From: Gammaproteobacteria bacterium
GTDB lineage: Bacteria > Pseudomonadota > Gammaproteobacteria > Thiohalobacterales > Thiohalobacteraceae
Direction of reading: 5' to 3'
Length of the DNA: 64,000 nt
Assembly: GCA_003695825.1 (NCBI GenBank)
Contig: RFHK01000021.1
Coordinates: 642 to 64,641 of the forward strand
Shown here: one piece after another, positions 61,991-64,000 of the stretch
Layout of the letters: every line of letters starts with the position of its first letter
How positions within the stretch are numbered: the stretch's first letter is position 1
Position numbers and translations under genes: made by a program
Notes under the pieces: generated by a model
Databases searched by the model: none
Told to the model about the DNA's origin: nothing
The model's input: the letters and a program-made list of their open reading frames with translations, nothing else

Positions 61991-63191
61991 TCATGGCGGC
62001 CAAGCGTAGGCGCAGGGCATTGAGCTTGATGAAACCCTCGGCGTCCTTCTGGTCGTAGGCACCTTCATCGGCCTCGAAGGTGGCGATGCGCGCGTCGAAC
62101 AGGGAATCGGTCTCGGAACGGCGGCCGGTGATCTGAACATTGCCCTTGTAGAGCCGCACCCGCACCTCGCCGTTGACGGTCTCCTGGGAGGCATCGATCA
62201 TCTCCTGCAGCAGGCGCCGTTCCGGGCTCCACCAGTAGCCGTTGTAGATGAGCTCGGCATAACGGGGCATGAGCTCGTCCTTGAGGTGCGCCACCTCGCG
62301 GTCCAGCGTCAGCGATTCCATGGCCCGGTGTGCCTTGAGCAGGATGGTGCCGCCCGGCGTCTCGTAACAACCGCGAGACTTCATGCCCACGTAGCGGTTC
62401 TCGACGAGGTCGACGCGCCCGATGCCATGCTCGCCGCCGAGCCGGTTCAGGGTCTCGAGTACCTGGGCCGGGGTCATGCGTTCGCCGTCGATCGCCACCA
62501 CGTCGCCCTGCTCGAAGGTGAGTACCAGCTCGCGGGGTGTATCCGGTGCCCTCTCGGGAGACACCGTCCGGCGCCACATATCCTCTTCCGGCGGCGTCCA
62601 GGGGTCCTCCAGGATGCCGCCCTCGTAGGAGACGTGCAGCAGGTTGGCATCCATCGAGTAGGGCGACTTCTTCCCCTTCTTGAAATCGACCGGGATACCG
62701 TGGGCCTCGGCATAGGCCATCAGCTTCTCGCGCGAGTCGAGCTCCCACTCGCGCCAAGGTGCGATGATCCGGATATCTGGCTTCAGTGCATAGGCACCCA
62801 GCTCGAAACGCACCTGGTCGTTGCCCTTGCCGGTCGCGCCATGGGCGATGGCATCCGCGCCGGTCTCCTCGGCGATCTCCACCAGGCGCTTGGCGATCAG
62901 GGGCCGGGCGATGGAGGTACCGAGCAGGTACTCGCCCTCGTAGACGGCGTTGGCACGGAACATAGGGAAGACATAGTCGCGCACGAATTCTTCGCGCAGA
63001 TCCTCGATGTAGATCTCCTTCACGCCCAGGGCCTCGGCCTTGGCGCGTGCCGGCTCCACCTCCTCGCCCTGGCCGATGTCCGCCGTGAAGGTCACCACCT
63101 CGCAGCCGTAGGTCTCCTGCAGCCACTTGAGGATGATCGACGTATCCAGCCCGCCCGAGTAGGCGAGCACCACTTTCCTGATCTCGCTCAT
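61980..63191 (-). CDS. argG: argininosuccinate synthase
   Basis: [67 protein letters not shown]. 403 aa. Confidence 0.97.
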   Translation of the reverse strand: MSEIRKVVLAYSGGLDTSIILKWLQETYGCEVVTFTADIGQGEEVEPARAKAEALGVKEIYIEDLREEFVRDYVFPMFRANAVYEGEYLLGTSIARPLIAKRLVEIAEETGADAIAHGATGKGNDQVRFELGAYALKPDIRIIAPWREWELDSREKLMAYAEAHGIPVDFKKGKKSPYSMDANLLHVSYEGGILEDPWTPPEEDMWRRTVSPERAPDTPRELVLTFEQGDVVAIDGERMTPAQVLETLNRLGGEHGIGRVDLVENRYVGMKSRGCYETPGGTILLKAHRAMESLTLDREVAHLKDELMPRYAELIYNGYWWSPERRLLQEMIDASQETVNGEVRVRLYKGNVQITGRRSETDSLFDARIATFEADEGAYDQKDAEGFIKLNALRLRLAAMKGS

Positions 63192-63213
63192 GTCCGATCG
63201 CCTTTGTTCATGG

Positions 63214-63320
63214 CCACGAAACCCACCAAACCCACGAAAAAGTCTCTTCGCCGATACCACGCGCGAAGTGCGGACCCCGAAAAACAAAACTCCCTTTCGA
63301 GGGTTTCGTGGATTTCGTGG
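63214..63320. repeat. long imperfect inverted repeat built from 8-9-nt CCACGAAA / TTTCGTGG units in the argG 5' region
   Basis: Left arm ccacgaaacccaccaaacccacgaaaaa (63214-63241). Right arm tttcgagggtttcgtggatttcgtgg (63295-63320, TTTCG at 63295, 63304 and 63313). Confidence 0.8.
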
Positions 63321-63327
63321 CGATTTT

Positions 63328-64000
63328 TCATTTCCTGATCTTCGCGCTGCGCCGCAGGCGGGCGAGCAGCCGCCGGGCGAGGTCACCGAAGAGCTCGGTC
63401 TGGGTCGGGTGCGGGTGGATGGCGTCGGCGACCTGTTCCAGGGTCAAGCCGGCGCTGACCATCATGACGGCCTCGCCGATGAGGGTGTCTGCGTGGTCGG
63501 CCAGGAAATGCACGCCGACGATGCGGTGCGTGGTACGGTCGGCGACGATCTTGATCAGGCCGTGGCGTTCATCGTTGATCATGGCCTTGGCATCGATGTG
63601 GATCGGTACCTTGACCTCCACGGCGTCGATGCCTTTCGCCTTCGCCTGCTCGACGGAGAGGCCGACGAAACCGGCCTCGGGGCGCGTGAAGATGACGCCG
63701 CAGTCCTTGTTCTGGTCGTAGACCTTGTCCTCGCCGAGCAGGTTGGCGGCGGCCACCCGCCCCTGCTGGGCGGCGGTATGCGCCAGCATGTAGCCCCCGA
63801 TGACGTCGCCGATGGCGAAGATGTGCGGCACGTTGGTGCGACAACGGGCATCGGCGCGGATGAAGCCGTTCTCGGTGGCCACCCCGGCCTGCTCCAGGCC
63901 CAGGCCGTCGAGCACCGGGCGCTTGCCGGTGGCCATGAGGACATAATCGGCCTTGGTGGTATGGCCCTTGCCTTCGGCATCCTTCCAGCGCACGGTCACG
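63328..64000 (-). CDS. pyridine-nucleotide-disulfide oxidoreductase (dihydrolipoyl dehydrogenase-like), C-terminal part; 5' end lies outside the window
   Basis: ..[24 protein letters not shown].. and the dimerisation domain ..[35 protein letters not shown]. Confidence 0.8.
   Translation of the reverse strand, partial: VTVRWKDAEGKGHTTKADYVLMATGKRPVLDGLGLEQAGVATENGFIRADARCRTNVPHIFAIGDVIGGYMLAHTAAQQGRVAAANLLGEDKVYDQNKDCGVIFTRPEAGFVGLSVEQAKAKGIDAVEVKVPIHIDAKAMINDERHGLIKIVADRTTHRIVGVHFLADHADTLIGEAVMMVSAGLTLEQVADAIHPHPTQTELFGDLARRLLARLRRSAKIRK

Overview
This is a high-GC chromosomal segment of a gammaproteobacterium. The gene content (YeeE, YeiH, DsrE-like proteins, rhodanese, Rnf) suggests a sulfur-oxidising Chromatiales or Ectothiorhodospiraceae-type organism, but that is inference only. 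All family calls were made by eye from the ORF translations and the DNA, with no searches run.

I support about 65 protein genes, one tRNA-Lys(UUU), one TPP riboswitch and a few hairpin terminators.

Housekeeping blocks:
- thiC with its riboswitch, and a divergent TonB-dependent receptor.
- A pcm-like methyltransferase, rhodanese, tolC and hemerythrin operon.
- tcdA, slyD, and YeiH-type and YeeE-type transporters.
- queC and queE.
- A complete ybgC-tolQRAB-pal-cpoB cluster.
- ruvCAB, yebC, nadA, nudB, aspS.
- An ATM1-type ABC exporter.
- purMN, an MscK-type channel, dcd, apbC, metG.
- rnfABCDGE followed by nth.
- gloA, argG, and a partial Lpd-like flavoprotein.

Notable systems:
1. At 57.4-61.3 kb there is a RiPP-type metallophore locus. 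It encodes a Sec-signal peptide with eight EGKCG repeats, then a DUF692 multinuclear non-heme iron oxidase-like enzyme, a DUF2063 partner and a DoxX protein. A secreted porin-like protein follows, behind a Fur-like inverted repeat.
2. An ECF sigma factor is paired with an anti-sigma factor whose periplasmic domain is paralogous to a divergently encoded Tat-signal DsrE-like protein. That protein is followed by a porin.
3. A family of tandem heptanucleotide arrays (CTCCCAG, CAGAAGT, GTGAGGG) and 9-10-nt CCACGAA-type arrays builds long palindromic intergenic elements at six loci. Several arrays contain the stop codons of flanking genes.
4. A thymidine/AMP-phosphorylase-like, PRPP-synthetase-like and DUF1614 operon.
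5. An orphan PomAB-like stator cassette coupled to a PilZ protein.

I saw no CRISPR array, transposase, integrase or rRNA. Many long ORFs in the track are GC-driven antisense artefacts.
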